DNA of 64,000 bases from an uncultured Ruegeria sp. (GCA_963669395.1 OY770022.1:1329305-1393304); one strand, 5' to 3'; numbered from the stretch's first letter, positions 46,331 through 57,108 are shown. Translations and numbers: made by a program. The notes: a model not told the origin generated them from the letters alone.

Positions 46331-46866
46331 TGGCCGGTCCTTTCGGAGGTCATTGGGTCAATCTGCGGGTGGCGCCAGATCTGGGCCTTTTTGCCCAGCA
46401 ATTCACCGTCGCGCTCGTAGGTGGCCCCAAGCCGCCCGGCCAGGGCGCGCGAGCGGTCGTTCGCGTGGGCAATGTACGAAATGACGCCGTTCAGGCCCTG
46501 GTGCCGCGCCGCATAGGCACGGGCCGCGTTCGCAGCCTCATAACCCAGACCTTTGCCTTCGGCCTCGGCCATCAAGGTCCAACCCAGTTCGGGTTCGGCC
46601 CAGCCGGGGACATCGATCATACCGGCCCATCCCACGAAGGCGCCACTGGCCTTTTCGGTCAGATGCCACAGGCCATAGCCTCTCAGTGCCCAGTGCCCCA
46701 GCCGGTGTGCTAATGAGCTCCAGCAGGCAAACTCATCCTTGGGTCCGCCAACCATATGGCTGCGTTCGGTCGCAAAGAATGCGGTCATTGCGGGCAAATC
46801 ACCCAATTCGGGCGCCCGCAGGATCAGGCGCTCGGTTTCAATCGATGGGATGGTGAATGTCGTCAT
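46327..46866 (-). CDS. GNAT (RimJ/RimL-like) acetyltransferase
   Basis: ETERLILR, PELGW, EGKGLGYEA. Confidence 0.92.
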   Translation of the reverse strand: MTTFTIPSIETERLILRAPELGDLPAMTAFFATERSHMVGGPKDEFACWSSLAHRLGHWALRGYGLWHLTEKASGAFVGWAGMIDVPGWAEPELGWTLMAEAEGKGLGYEAANAARAYAARHQGLNGVISYIAHANDRSRALAGRLGATYERDGELLGKKAQIWRHPQIDPMTSERTGQ

Positions 46867-47399
46867 GCGAGCCCCTCCGAAATCTGGTCGGGGCCGGGAT
46901 GGCGGTACACCAGTTCGGTGCCGTGCGAGACGTTTTCGAAACTGCGCTCGTACTGCGCGCCCAGCCGTTCGGCCAGTGCGATCGAGCGCTCGTTACCCGG
47001 AAAGATGTTCGAGCTCAGCGTTTCGAACCCCAGAACCTCATAGGCATAGAGGCGCGCCTCTTGAGCGGCCTCACGGGCATAGCCTTTGCCTTCGCTTCCG
47101 GCGAACATGACCCAGCCCAGTTCCGGCTCGGGCCAGCCTTCCGGCGACCACAGCCCGACAAAGCCCTCGGGCTGGCCGTCATGCGTTTCAACGGTCCAGA
47201 AGCCATAGCCGTGCAGAACCCAATGGCCGATCATGCTGGCAAACCAGCGCCACGCCTGATTGCGGTCCAGCGGGCCGCCAAAGCCCCAGCTGCGGTCCTT
47301 GTCGGCAAAGAAATCCGCGACATTGTCGAAATCCCGTGCTTCTGGTCCGCGCAGGATCAGGCGTTCGGTTTTCAGGGTAGGAATGCAGAGGTCTATCAT
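46863..47399 (-). CDS. GNAT (RimJ/RimL-like) acetyltransferase
   Basis: TERLILR, WPEPELGW, EGKGYAREA. Confidence 0.92.
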   Translation of the reverse strand: MIDLCIPTLKTERLILRGPEARDFDNVADFFADKDRSWGFGGPLDRNQAWRWFASMIGHWVLHGYGFWTVETHDGQPEGFVGLWSPEGWPEPELGWVMFAGSEGKGYAREAAQEARLYAYEVLGFETLSSNIFPGNERSIALAERLGAQYERSFENVSHGTELVYRHPGPDQISEGLA

Positions 47400-47947
47400 G
47401 CGTAGGCCTCCATCCCGCCATTCACCAGATCAGCCGGGGCAGGGTGCCGCCAGATTTCGGTTTTGCCGAACTTGGGGTGGTCATAGTGATATTCGAACTG
47501 CGCCCCCAGACGCTGGGCCACCGCCTTGCTGGCGTGATTGTCCAGATCGATCAGCGAAATCGCCGTTTCCCACCCCAGCACGTCATAGGCATATGCCCGT
47601 GCGGTCAGCGCGGCTTCGGTCGCATAGCCCTTGCCGGTGGCGTGGTTCATCAGCGTCCAGCCGACCTCGGGCTCGGGCCAGCCTTCCGGACACCAAAGAC
47701 CGATACGCCCGACATAGGTGCCGGAGTCCTTTTCATCGACACTCCAGTACCCGTAGCCGCGCAACGCCCAATGGCCCAGAAGCGAGGCGACCAGACGCCA
47801 TGTCTCATCCCGGCGCAGCGGACCGCCGACATATCGCGCGGCATCGCTGGCGAAGAACGCTGTATCGGCGTCAAGATCCGCTTCCGACGGCGCACGCATA
47901 ATCAGGCGCTCAGTCTCAAGGGTGGGTATGGCCAACGCAAGTGTCAT
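47396..47947 (-). CDS. GNAT (RimJ/RimL-like) acetyltransferase
   Basis: ETERLIMR, WPEPEVGW, GKGYATEA. Confidence 0.92.
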   Translation of the reverse strand: MTLALAIPTLETERLIMRAPSEADLDADTAFFASDAARYVGGPLRRDETWRLVASLLGHWALRGYGYWSVDEKDSGTYVGRIGLWCPEGWPEPEVGWTLMNHATGKGYATEAALTARAYAYDVLGWETAISLIDLDNHASKAVAQRLGAQFEYHYDHPKFGKTEIWRHPAPADLVNGGMEAYA

Positions 47948-48501
47948 GCCTGCACCTCGCCATAACGCCAGACATGCTGATCCGCGCCAAACGCGTTCTC
48001 TGCATTCACGTCCCGCACAGCGCCCAGCCGTTTGGCAAGTGCATTTGATCGGGTGTTGGATGCCGACACATTGCTAACGAAGCAACCCGATCCGAGAAGA
48101 TCAAAGCCGAAATCGCGAACCGCGGCACAAGCTTCGGTCGCATAGCCCTGCATGCGATGATCGGCTGAAAACAGATAGCCAAGCTCGGGTTCCTGATCGT
48201 CCCATTCGAGACCCAGAACAACAAAGCCAATGGCCACTTCCTGATCTCTCAATGCGGCCGTGAACAGGCCATGGCCATGCAGCAGCCAACCGGATGAATA
48301 GTACGAGAACTCGGTCCAGGCTTCCTGATCGGTATCGCCAAAGCTTTCCTTGCAGACCGCTGTCCATACCGGCAGATCATTCAGGGTAGGAGCACGCAGA
48401 ACCAGCCGCCGGGTCTCAAGGACCGGCAGAGCCGCGCGATACTGCGCTGCTGCCATCGCCGCCTTTCCGGACGGGGGCTGGGTGCAGCGTGCTGGCGTCA
48501 C
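47944..48501 (-). CDS. GNAT (RimJ/RimL-like) acetyltransferase
   Basis: ETRRLVLR, EPELGY, QGYATEA. Confidence 0.9.
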   Translation of the reverse strand: MTPARCTQPPSGKAAMAAAQYRAALPVLETRRLVLRAPTLNDLPVWTAVCKESFGDTDQEAWTEFSYYSSGWLLHGHGLFTAALRDQEVAIGFVVLGLEWDDQEPELGYLFSADHRMQGYATEACAAVRDFGFDLLGSGCFVSNVSASNTRSNALAKRLGAVRDVNAENAFGADQHVWRYGEVQA

Positions 48502-50003
48502 TTTTTCTTTCCGAACCCGCTCAGGCCCGGAGGCAAAGCCATGCCGCCACCCATTCCAGGCATTCCGGGCATCTTGCCGCCCATTGCCTTGGCGGCCTGT
48601 TCCAGCGCCTTGGGGTCCATGCCAGCGGCCATTTCTTCGGGTGAGGGGCCACCTTTGCCGAACATGCCCTTCATGGCCTGTTTCAGCATCTTGCCTTTGC
48701 CCATCTTGCCCATCTTCTTCATCATGTCCGACATCTGCCGATGCATCTTGAGCAGTTTGTTGAGGTCGCTGACCTCCATCCCCGAACCGGCGGCGATGCG
48801 TTTTTTGCGGCTGGCCTGCAGTAATTGCGGGTTGGCGCGTTCGCGTTTGGTCATCGACTGGATCATGGCGATCTGCTGGCGCAGGATCTTGTCGTCCAGA
48901 CCGGCCTGATCCATCTGCTTGGCCATCTTGCCCATGCCCGGCATCATGCCCATCATGCCCTGCATGCCGCCCATCTGGATCATCTGTTCCAGCTGCATCT
49001 TCAGGTCGTTCATATTGAACTGACCTTTGACCATGCGCTTCATCATGCGCTCGGTCTGTTCCATCTCCATCGTTTCCTGGGCCTTTTCGACCAGGGCAAC
49101 GATGTCGCCCATGCCCAGAATACGACCTGCGATCCGGTCCGGCTCGAAAGTTTCGAGCGCGTCCATCTTTTCGCCCAGACCGACAAAGCGGATCGGCTTG
49201 CCCGTGACCGCGCGCATCGACAGGGCTGCGCCGCCGCGCCCGTCGCCGTCCATCCGGGTCAGGACCACGCCCGAGATGCCGACCTTGGCGTCGAATTCCT
49301 CAGCAACCTCGACGGCGACCTGACCAGTCAGGCCGTCGACAACCAGCAGGGTCTCACGCGGGTCGACAACGTTGCGCACCTGCTCGACCTCGTCCATCAG
49401 CACTTCGTCGATATGCAGACGGCCCGCGGTGTCGAGCATGTAGACATCATAGCCGCCCAGCGTCGCCTGCTGCTTGGCGCGCTTGGCGATATCGACGGGT
49501 TTCTGCCCGGGAACGATCGGCAGGGTGTCCACGCCGACCTGCGTGCCCAGAACCGCAAGCTGATCCATCGCCGCCGGGCGATAGACGTCCAGCGAGGCCA
49601 TCAGGACCTTCTTGCCCTCTTTCTCTTTCAGGCGTTTGGCGAGCTTACCGGAGGTGGTCGTTTTACCCGAGCCCTGCAGACCGACCATCAGGATCGGGGC
49701 AGGCGGGTTGTCGATCTTCAGCTTGCCGGGGTCTTCCTCGCCGCGCAAGGTATCGACCAGCGCGTCATGCACGATCTTGACGACCTGCTGACCGGGCGTG
49801 ATCGACTTGGTCACGGCCTGCCCGGTCGCCTGCTCCTGAACCTTCTTGACGAATTCGCGGGCCACCGGCAGCGAGACGTCGGCCTCAAGCAGCGCAACTC
49901 GGACCTCACGCAGGGCGGTCTTGACGTCTTCTTCGGACAGAGCACCCTGTTTCGTCAGCCGATCAAAGACGCCAGAGAGGCGTTCGGATAGATTTTCAAA
50001 CAT
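48498..50003 (-). CDS. ffh: Signal recognition particle protein
   Basis: MFENLSERL, GLQGSGKTT, DTAGR, Met-rich M domain. Confidence 0.98.
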   Translation of the reverse strand: MFENLSERLSGVFDRLTKQGALSEEDVKTALREVRVALLEADVSLPVAREFVKKVQEQATGQAVTKSITPGQQVVKIVHDALVDTLRGEEDPGKLKIDNPPAPILMVGLQGSGKTTTSGKLAKRLKEKEGKKVLMASLDVYRPAAMDQLAVLGTQVGVDTLPIVPGQKPVDIAKRAKQQATLGGYDVYMLDTAGRLHIDEVLMDEVEQVRNVVDPRETLLVVDGLTGQVAVEVAEEFDAKVGISGVVLTRMDGDGRGGAALSMRAVTGKPIRFVGLGEKMDALETFEPDRIAGRILGMGDIVALVEKAQETMEMEQTERMMKRMVKGQFNMNDLKMQLEQMIQMGGMQGMMGMMPGMGKMAKQMDQAGLDDKILRQQIAMIQSMTKRERANPQLLQASRKKRIAAGSGMEVSDLNKLLKMHRQMSDMMKKMGKMGKGKMLKQAMKGMFGKGGPSPEEMAAGMDPKALEQAAKAMGGKMPGMPGMGGGMALPPGLSGFGKKK

Positions 50004-50117
50004 GCCTTCGGCCTCCTTAGCCGGTTATCTGGTGGCGTCTCCTAGATAGGATGCGCCGGTTAAATGCACAAACGCCCCCTCCCACTGAATTAGACGTGGG
50101 GGTCATGCCAAATGGCA

Positions 50118-50160
50118 TTGCCCCCACGGGCGAAACTCGCTGGTGGGGGGCGATCCCTGA
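50118..50160 (-). ncRNA. ffh leader RNA motif (alphaproteobacterial)
   Basis: GCCCCCCACCAGCGAGTTTCGCCCGTGGGGGCA hairpin upstream of ffh; recognised from memory of the Rfam ffh motif. Confidence 0.6.
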
Positions 50161-50209
50161 ACGACTCAAGGGACCGGAAGATCAGACGCTTCCGGATGTT
50201 TGCGGCGAT

Positions 50210-50728
50210 TTAGGCCGATTGGCTGTCAGAGTCAACCTTGCGGGTCGGCAACCAGTCGTTAACGGCGTCAACCATTCGGTGTGGTCCGCGCCCGCTGGCA
50301 TAGACTTCGACAATCGGGTGGCGTCCAGCGCTCATTCCTTGGTTCAAAATCAGTGCCGGTCGGTGAAGGTTGGAAGACCCGTATTTGCCGGATGATCGCG
50401 TGGTTTCGATCTCTGCGTGGGACAGGTCCGACAGCTTGTGCTCGACAGTGTCATAGCCAAAGACGGACTGACGGCGGATCAGGATACTGTTGGTGCGGCG
50501 GTCCAGTATGACCTGTACGCGGCGGACAAACGCGCAAAAGGCACCGAACCCCATCCCGCCACCGAACAGGGCGAAGAAGATACCAAATATAATCCCCTCG
50601 CCGCCTTCGCTGACCATGAACAGGCCGACACCGACAAAGACGAGGATGAAGAAGACCAGAGAGATGCCAATAAACCAGGGCGTGTTGGACAGGATCAATT
50701 GGTCCGGGGTATTGCGCGTCACCTTCAT
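50210..50728 (-). CDS. Hypothetical 2-TM membrane protein
   Basis: Two hydrophobic helices followed by a soluble domain; typical codon usage. Confidence 0.75.
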   Translation of the reverse strand: MKVTRNTPDQLILSNTPWFIGISLVFFILVFVGVGLFMVSEGGEGIIFGIFFALFGGGMGFGAFCAFVRRVQVILDRRTNSILIRRQSVFGYDTVEHKLSDLSHAEIETTRSSGKYGSSNLHRPALILNQGMSAGRHPIVEVYASGRGPHRMVDAVNDWLPTRKVDSDSQSA

Positions 50729-50816
50729 GGCGCCACGCTAACACCGAATTCTGGCACTGTCGTGGCTTGAATTCATCGCCATGTTGCGCCAAGAGCGCGC
50801 CAAACAGGAGGTCCCC

Positions 50817-51347
50817 ATGGACGCATCATCCGCCTTTCAGGACACGCTACCGCTCAGCTCTGACGCGTTGCTGGCGCAGTTGGATGATTGGGGGCTGTCC
50901 TATCGCCTGCATAACCACGTGCCACTGCGCACGGTCGAGGAGGCTCAGGCGGTCGAGGACCAGTTCATGATGCCGGGTGAAAATGCACTGCGGCTCAAAA
51001 ACCTCTATCTGCGCGACAAGAAAAAGCGGAACTATCTGGTGACGCTGGAACAAAGCCGCGAGATTGATCTCAAGGCGCTGGGCGCCGAACTTGGCATCGG
51101 GAACCTGTCCTTTGGCTCGGCGGATCGCCTGATGCAGAACCTTGGCATCCGCCCCGGCGCGGTCAGCCCGCTGGCGATGATCAATGGCGTTCATAACAAC
51201 GTTCGGTTTTTCATGGATGGCGCCGCGCAGCAGGCCGATGTGATCTACCTGCACCCGCTGGTGAACGACCGGACTGTGGCCATGGCGCGCGCCGACCTGA
51301 TGGCGTTCTTCGACAGGATCGGCTGCCAGGTCACCTGGCTGCCCTGA
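50817..51347 (+). CDS. YbaK/ProX-like aminoacyl-tRNA deacylase
   Basis: KNLYLRDKK, LSFGS, LGIRPGAVSP, HPLVN. Confidence 0.9.
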   Translation: MDASSAFQDTLPLSSDALLAQLDDWGLSYRLHNHVPLRTVEEAQAVEDQFMMPGENALRLKNLYLRDKKKRNYLVTLEQSREIDLKALGAELGIGNLSFGSADRLMQNLGIRPGAVSPLAMINGVHNNVRFFMDGAAQQADVIYLHPLVNDRTVAMARADLMAFFDRIGCQVTWLP

Positions 51348-51507
51348 GCGCAGGCCCGACGGCGCGGGCTTCCGGCAAAGGAACTAAGGAACAGAAAAAG
51401 CTAAGGGCTCCTTGCGGCGGGCTCGCGGTTTCTGCCCATCAAAAAATGTCCGGCCTAAGCTTTTTGGACGAAGGCCGGACGTCTCGTTTGCGGCGGGCGA
51501 CGGCCGG

Positions 51508-52089
51508 TCAGGCTGCCAGTTCTTGAACCGCCTTGTGGGCGTTGCTAAGCGATGTTTCGGCGTCCAGAGCCAGTTGGTCGGCAGCAACGACGTCGACGTC
51601 GTGGATGCCGACAAAGCCCAGCACATGCTTTGCGTAGTCGGTGGCAAAGTCGATCTCGGAGCCGACGGCAGTACCGCCCGAAGCAATGGCCAAAATGGCG
51701 CGCTTACCGTCCAGCAGGCCTTTGGGACCGTTTTCGGAATACGAGAAAGTAAGCCCGGCTCTGGCAACCAGATCGATCCAGGCTTTGAAAGCGGCCGGAA
51801 CCGAAAAGTTGTAGATCGGCAGGCCAATCACGATGATGTCGGACTGCTGAAGTTCGTTCACCAGTTCGTCCGACAGGGCCAGTTGGTCACGCTGGACCGC
51901 GTCACGCTGATCGGCGGGAGTGAAGTTGGCATTGATCCAGTCTTCGGTCAGCAGCGGCAGCGGCGAGGCCAGGTCGCGGCGGATGATGCGGCCGGCCTTC
52001 AGGTGGTTGACGATCCGGTTTGACAGGTCGCGGGTGGCGGATCCTTCGCGGCGGGCCGAGGCGTCGATATGCAGGATGGTCTTGGTCAT
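51508..52089 (-). CDS. azoR: FMN-dependent NADH-azoreductase
   Basis: IDASAR, PIYNFSVPA..KAWID, TFSYSENGPKGL, ASGG. Confidence 0.93.
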   Translation of the reverse strand: MTKTILHIDASARREGSATRDLSNRIVNHLKAGRIIRRDLASPLPLLTEDWINANFTPADQRDAVQRDQLALSDELVNELQQSDIIVIGLPIYNFSVPAAFKAWIDLVARAGLTFSYSENGPKGLLDGKRAILAIASGGTAVGSEIDFATDYAKHVLGFVGIHDVDVVAADQLALDAETSLSNAHKAVQELAA

Positions 52090-52208
52090 GTCAGGGTGTC
52101 CTATTGATGTGGAATTCGCGTCTGCCGCCAATATGAGCGTTGCGTGGGTGAACAAAACTCTGATAAGCCAACAGTCATTGTTGGAATTTGCACAGTGGAT
52201 TTGATGCA

Positions 52209-53087
52209 GTGGACAATTGGGACGAAGTCAGAACCGCCTATCAGGTGGCACGCATGGGCACGGTCAGTGGCGCGGCCGAAGTTTTGGGTGTGCATCATGC
52301 AACCGTCATCCGTCACATCGACGCGATCGAGGCACGGCTGGGTGTAAAACTGTTCCAGCGTCACGCGCGCGGCTATACGGCAACGGATGCGGGCGAGGAT
52401 CTTCTGCGCGTCGCACAGGCGACCGAAGATCAGTTCAATCAGCTGGTCGGGCGGATGAAGGGGCGTGGCGACGACGTATCGGGCGAACTGGTGGTGACGT
52501 CGCTGGCCTCGCTGGCGCCGCTGGTCGTTCCCGCCTTGACCGAGTTTCAGACTGCGCATCCGGGCCTGATCGTGCGTTACCTCACCGGCGACCGGCTGTT
52601 TCGGCTGGAATACGGCGAAGCGCATGTGGCCATTCGTGCCGGCGCCGCCCCGGATCAGCCGGACAATGTGGTGCAGCCCTTCATAACGCAGGAGGTGGGG
52701 CTTTATGCCAGCAAGTCCTACGTAGAGCGGCATGGCAAACCGGCAGGTATCGAGGATTTCGCTGACCACTTTTTTGTCAGCACCGACGATGAAAACAGCC
52801 GTGCTCCGTTTTCGAAATGGTTGCGCGCGACAGCTCCGGCGCAGGCGATAACCTTTCGCTGCACCAACAACTTCTGCATGCGCGAGGCGGTTCTGTCCGG
52901 TGCCGGTATCGGCTTTATGGCCCGGTGGGAAGCTTCGCGCGATCCGGAACTGGTCGAAGTTATGGAACCGCTGCCCGAATGGTCGGGCAAGCTGTGGCTG
53001 GTCACGCATGTCGACCTGCATCGCACAACGAAAGTTCAGGCGTTTTTGTCCTTCCTCAAGGAGCAGGCCAAAGGCTGGCAGCCGTGA
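52209..53087 (+). CDS. LysR family regulator
   Basis: NWDE..., AA.VLGVHHATV.R.I..LE; divergent from azoR. Confidence 0.93.
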   Translation: MDNWDEVRTAYQVARMGTVSGAAEVLGVHHATVIRHIDAIEARLGVKLFQRHARGYTATDAGEDLLRVAQATEDQFNQLVGRMKGRGDDVSGELVVTSLASLAPLVVPALTEFQTAHPGLIVRYLTGDRLFRLEYGEAHVAIRAGAAPDQPDNVVQPFITQEVGLYASKSYVERHGKPAGIEDFADHFFVSTDDENSRAPFSKWLRATAPAQAITFRCTNNFCMREAVLSGAGIGFMARWEASRDPELVEVMEPLPEWSGKLWLVTHVDLHRTTKVQAFLSFLKEQAKGWQP

Positions 53088-54022
53088 CGTTTCAGGTCCG
53101 CGGCCATCTGGCGATGCTTGTGTTTTCCATGCTGGTGGCCGGCAGTTTCTCGCTGGGCTCACTCATAGCAAACCAGATTGCGCCTTCGGCGATCACGGCG
53201 GCCAGGTTCGCCATTGCGGCACTGGTGATCGGTGCCGTGGCGATGGCGACAACCGGCCTGCCACGCAGCGCCGCGCGCGCACCCTGGCGGTATTTCGTGC
53301 TGGGCGGGCTGTTCGCCACCTATTTCGTGCTGATGTTTTACGGCCTGAAAACCGCACCGCCGGTCAGCGCTGCTGCGGTGTTCACCCTGACACCAGTATT
53401 GTCCGCCATCGCGGGTTGGTTTCTGTTGCGCCAGATCACCACGCCCCGCATGGCGCTGGCCCTGGCGGTTGGGGCCGTCGGGGCGCTTTGGGTGATTTTC
53501 CGGGCTGACTGGCAGGCGTTCAGGGCCTTCGAGATCGGCGGCGGAGAGATCATCTATTTCTGGGGCTGTGTCGCACATGCGGTTTACACCCCGATGATAC
53601 GCCGCCTCAACAGGGGTGAACCTGCCGTGGTCTTCACCTTTGGCACCCTTGTTGCGGGTTGCCTGATCCTGACGATCTACGGCTGGTCCGACATACGGGC
53701 GACGGATTGGGCAAACCTGCCTGCCATTGTGTGGATCGGGTTGCTCTATGTCTCGCTTTTTGCCACTGCCGCCAGTTTTGTGCTGGTGCAGTTTGCCACG
53801 CTGCATCTGCCCTCGGCCAAGGTGATGGCCTATACTTATCTGACACCCAGCTGGGTCATCCTGTGGGAGATCGCGCTGGGCAACGGCACCCCAGTTGCAC
53901 TGATCCTTGTGGGCGTGGTTATGACATGTGTCGCGCTTTTGATGTTGCTGAGGCCGGAAGAACCCGCCGGCGCGGTGCCTGCGACGGACACGGACGCAAA
54001 TCCGGGCAAAACCGGCCCTTGA
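53084..54022 (+). CDS. DMT/EamA transporter
   Basis: About 10 TM segments; GTGA overlap with lysR. Confidence 0.88.
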   Translation: MTFQVRGHLAMLVFSMLVAGSFSLGSLIANQIAPSAITAARFAIAALVIGAVAMATTGLPRSAARAPWRYFVLGGLFATYFVLMFYGLKTAPPVSAAAVFTLTPVLSAIAGWFLLRQITTPRMALALAVGAVGALWVIFRADWQAFRAFEIGGGEIIYFWGCVAHAVYTPMIRRLNRGEPAVVFTFGTLVAGCLILTIYGWSDIRATDWANLPAIVWIGLLYVSLFATAASFVLVQFATLHLPSAKVMAYTYLTPSWVILWEIALGNGTPVALILVGVVMTCVALLMLLRPEEPAGAVPATDTDANPGKTGP

Positions 54023-54082
54023 GGCAGATCAAGGTACATATATTCAAATTTCCCCATGCTTTTGGGCAAGGAGGAAATCATC

Positions 54083-54496
54083 ATGTACAACCACATCATG
54101 TTCCCCGTCGATCTGCATCTGCCGCCCGAGGTCCGCAAGGCAGCTGACGTCGCCGCGCAGGTCGCCCAATGGCAAGGGGCCAAAATCACCATCGTCAGCG
54201 TGACAGGAACCCAACCGGGCGAACCCGGTCAGTCCGAGGCGGCCATCAATCAGGACCTGCAGGATTTTGCCAGTCAGTTGGCCGAGAAAAGCGGTGCCGA
54301 AGTGGCGTTCCGCAATATTCATTCCGTTGATGTCGGCGCTGAACTGGACGGTGATCTGACCCGTGCAGCCGACGAGATCGGCGCGGACCTGATTGTGGTG
54401 GGCACCCATGCCCCCCGGATCATGGACTATATCTTTTCAAGCCACGCCGGCTATCTGGCAAAACATGCCAGCGTGTCGGTGTTTGTCGTCCGGTAA
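54083..54496 (+). CDS. Universal stress protein
   Basis: MYNHIMFPVD, ADLIVVGTH, SVFVVR. Confidence 0.92.
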   Translation: MYNHIMFPVDLHLPPEVRKAADVAAQVAQWQGAKITIVSVTGTQPGEPGQSEAAINQDLQDFASQLAEKSGAEVAFRNIHSVDVGAELDGDLTRAADEIGADLIVVGTHAPRIMDYIFSSHAGYLAKHASVSVFVVR

Positions 54497-54502
54497 GCTG
54501 GT

Positions 54503-54835
54503 TTAGTCCTCGGGCGTGGGCAGTTCAATCTCCAGAAATCGTTCGAACGCATCCAGGTTGACCGGTTCGAACTGCCCGAAACCCTGCATCCAGACGGATG
54601 CCGCCCGCAGCGCATCGGGTTCCAGCTTGCACCATTTCACGCGGCCCCGTTTCTCCTGCGAAATAAGCCCGGCCCTGGTCAGGATGACCAGATGCTTCGA
54701 GATCGCGGCCAGCGACATCTCGAACGGTTCGGCCACGTCTGTGACCGCCATATCATCCTCCAGAAGCATCGCCAGAATGGCGCGCCTGGTCGGGTCGGCG
54801 AGGGCAGCAAATACGGTGTCGAGTTGGTCGGACAT
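54503..54835 (-). CDS. ArsR/SmtB family regulator
   Basis: FAALADPTRRAIL, SKHL..L..AGL. Confidence 0.92.
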   Translation of the reverse strand: MSDQLDTVFAALADPTRRAILAMLLEDDMAVTDVAEPFEMSLAAISKHLVILTRAGLISQEKRGRVKWCKLEPDALRAASVWMQGFGQFEPVNLDAFERFLEIELPTPED

Positions 54836-54918
54836 TTGTCTTTCCTAATACGCCGCATCCGGTTTGACAATTTCCGCCAAACCGTCACTGTGCCCCGGCG
54901 ACCGGACGGGGGAATGCA

Positions 54919-55830
54919 ATGGCGCTCAGATACTGGCTGGTGATCAGCATCCTTGGCATCGGCTGGGGCATGTCCTTCATGTTCAACGCCATATTGCTGC
55001 GGGAACTGGGGCCGCTTTCGGTGTCGATGGGCCGGGTCGCCTTCGGTGCGCTGGGGTGCTGGGTTTACGTCGCGGGCGCCCGCCTGCCGGTGCATCTGAC
55101 CGCAAGGAGGGCGCTTGGGCTGTTGGGCTTTGGTGCGCTCAGCTATGCCGGACCATTCGCGTTTTACGCACTGGCGCAACAGCATATCGCCTCAGGCGTT
55201 GCCGGGATCGTCAACGCGACGACACCTGCCTTTGCGGTCATCGTCTCGCATTACTGGCCGGGTGGTGAACGCGCGACATGGCTGAAATCTCTCGGGGTCG
55301 TCTGCGGCTTTTCTGGCATTGTGCTGCTGTCATTGCCTGTACTGCGCGCCGGGGCGACGTCCGAGTTCTGGGCCATCCTGCTGACCGTTTGCGCCCCGAT
55401 CTGTTATGCGTTCTCCTTCAATCTCGCTCGGGCTTTCCGCGACATGCAACCCGTGGTGCTGGTTGCGCTGGCCCTGACAGGTGCGACGCTGGCCATCACA
55501 CCGCTTGCGCTGTGGCAGGAAGGGCTGCCACATGTGACGCGGACCGAGACATGGCTGTCGATGATGATGATCGGATTTGTTCTGACCTCGGCCGCCTTTA
55601 TTGCCTTCTACTGGCTGTTGCCCAAGGTCGGACCCACCAACATGTCGACCGTGACGCTGGTTGCACCGGTCTCGGCGCTGGTGCTGGGAACTTGGGTGCT
55701 GGGAGAGGTGCTGCTGCCCGAACATCTGATGGGCATGGCGGCGATCCTGCTGGGCCTGTTGCTGATCGACGGGCGTATTGTTAGGCGCTGGCGGTCCGGG
55801 GTGCAGGACAAAGATCAACCAACAGGTTGA
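54919..55830 (+). CDS. DMT/EamA transporter
   Basis: WGMSF, NATTP, about 10 TM segments. Confidence 0.9.
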   Translation: MALRYWLVISILGIGWGMSFMFNAILLRELGPLSVSMGRVAFGALGCWVYVAGARLPVHLTARRALGLLGFGALSYAGPFAFYALAQQHIASGVAGIVNATTPAFAVIVSHYWPGGERATWLKSLGVVCGFSGIVLLSLPVLRAGATSEFWAILLTVCAPICYAFSFNLARAFRDMQPVVLVALALTGATLAITPLALWQEGLPHVTRTETWLSMMMIGFVLTSAAFIAFYWLLPKVGPTNMSTVTLVAPVSALVLGTWVLGEVLLPEHLMGMAAILLGLLLIDGRIVRRWRSGVQDKDQPTG

Positions 55831-56014
55831 ATATGCGGAATCCGGCATTTTGCCGGGGATTGGGCAATTCGCGACGATCATGCGGGATTCTAATTTGAAA
55901 ATATTATTAATAATAACAGTAACTTGAGTGGCAAAATGCTGACCCTTCAAGATCGTTGACTCTGCGCCCCGTGCGCCTTAGCACCATGCCCAAGACTGTG
56001 CGAGGAAAACGCCC

Positions 56015-56347
56015 GTGACCGATGACGACCAAAAGCAGCGTATGGCGCAGCTGGAGGCCAAGATCGATGCGGCGAAAAAGGCCAAACAGCCAAAGGCCCG
56101 CGCAGATGCTGACATCTCCGGGGGCGAGCTTGCCTGGAGGATGGTCATCGAAATGGTATCCGGTCTGGGGATCGGATTTGGCATCGGATACGGGCTGGAC
56201 AGCCTGCTCGGGACGATCCCGATCTTTCTGGTGCTGTTCACATTGCTGGGCCTTGTCGCGGGCGTGAAGGTTATGCTCCGCAGCGCGAAAGAGGCTCAAG
56301 AGAAACAAGCGGCGGCGACGGCTGCCGAGAAGGACGAGAGGGACTAA
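56015..56347 (+). CDS. atpI: ATP synthase protein I (AtpZ/AtpI)
   Basis: AWRMVIE.V.G...G.G.GY.LD; first gene of the Fo operon. Confidence 0.9.
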   Translation: MTDDDQKQRMAQLEAKIDAAKKAKQPKARADADISGGELAWRMVIEMVSGLGIGFGIGYGLDSLLGTIPIFLVLFTLLGLVAGVKVMLRSAKEAQEKQAAATAAEKDERD

Positions 56348-56349
56348 AC

Positions 56350-57108
56350 GTGGCGACTGAGACCACCGCAGCAGAAGGCAGCAGCCTGGTATTCCACCCG
56401 ATGGACCAGTTCATCGTCAAGCCGTTGTTCGGCGACGGTGCGGTCGGCATGTTCACAGTCACCAACGTGACCCTTTGGCTGTTCTTCGCTGTGCTGGCTG
56501 TTGCGGCTCTGCTGGTTCTGCCCACATCCAAACGCGCGATTGTGCCCAGCCGGATGCAGTCGATCGCCGAGCTGACCTACGGCTTCATCTACAAGATGCT
56601 GGAAGACATTTGCGGCAAGGAAGGCGTCAAGTTCTTCCCCTATGTCATGACCTTGTTCATGTTCATCGTCTCCGCGAACTTCCTGGGCCTGATCCCGACC
56701 TCGTTTACAACCACGTCGCACTTCGCGGTCACCATCCCGCTGGCGCTGGCCGTGTTCCTGACCGTGACCATTCTGGGTTTCGTCAAGAACGGTGCCGGTT
56801 TCCTGGGCCTGTTCTGGGTCTCGAGCGCGCCACTGGCGCTGCGCCCCATTCTGGCGATCATCGAGCTGATTTCGTACTTCGTGCGCCCCGTCAGCCACTC
56901 CATTCGTCTTGCCGGTAACGTCATGGCCGGCCACGCGGTTATCAAGGTGTTCGCGGGCTTTGCCGCGGTTGCCGTGATCTCGCCCGTGTCCGTTCTGGCG
57001 ATCACCGCAATGTACGGCCTCGAGGTCCTGGTGGCCTTCATCCAGGCCTACGTATTCACCATTCTGACCTGTGTTTATCTGAAAGATGCGCTGCATCCTT
57101 CGCACTAA
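56350..57108 (+). CDS. atpB: ATP synthase Fo subunit a
   Basis: [19 protein letters not shown]. Confidence 0.97.
   Translation: MATETTAAEGSSLVFHPMDQFIVKPLFGDGAVGMFTVTNVTLWLFFAVLAVAALLVLPTSKRAIVPSRMQSIAELTYGFIYKMLEDICGKEGVKFFPYVMTLFMFIVSANFLGLIPTSFTTTSHFAVTIPLALAVFLTVTILGFVKNGAGFLGLFWVSSAPLALRPILAIIELISYFVRPVSHSIRLAGNVMAGHAVIKVFAGFAAVAVISPVSVLAITAMYGLEVLVAFIQAYVFTILTCVYLKDALHPSH

Noticed and set aside
48498-49080. Low-complexity (CAT/GCC-rich) repeats in ffh and Ala/Glu repeats in smc, rpsP and atpF
   Set aside because: Explained by the Met-rich M domain and coiled coils; not DNA repeats.
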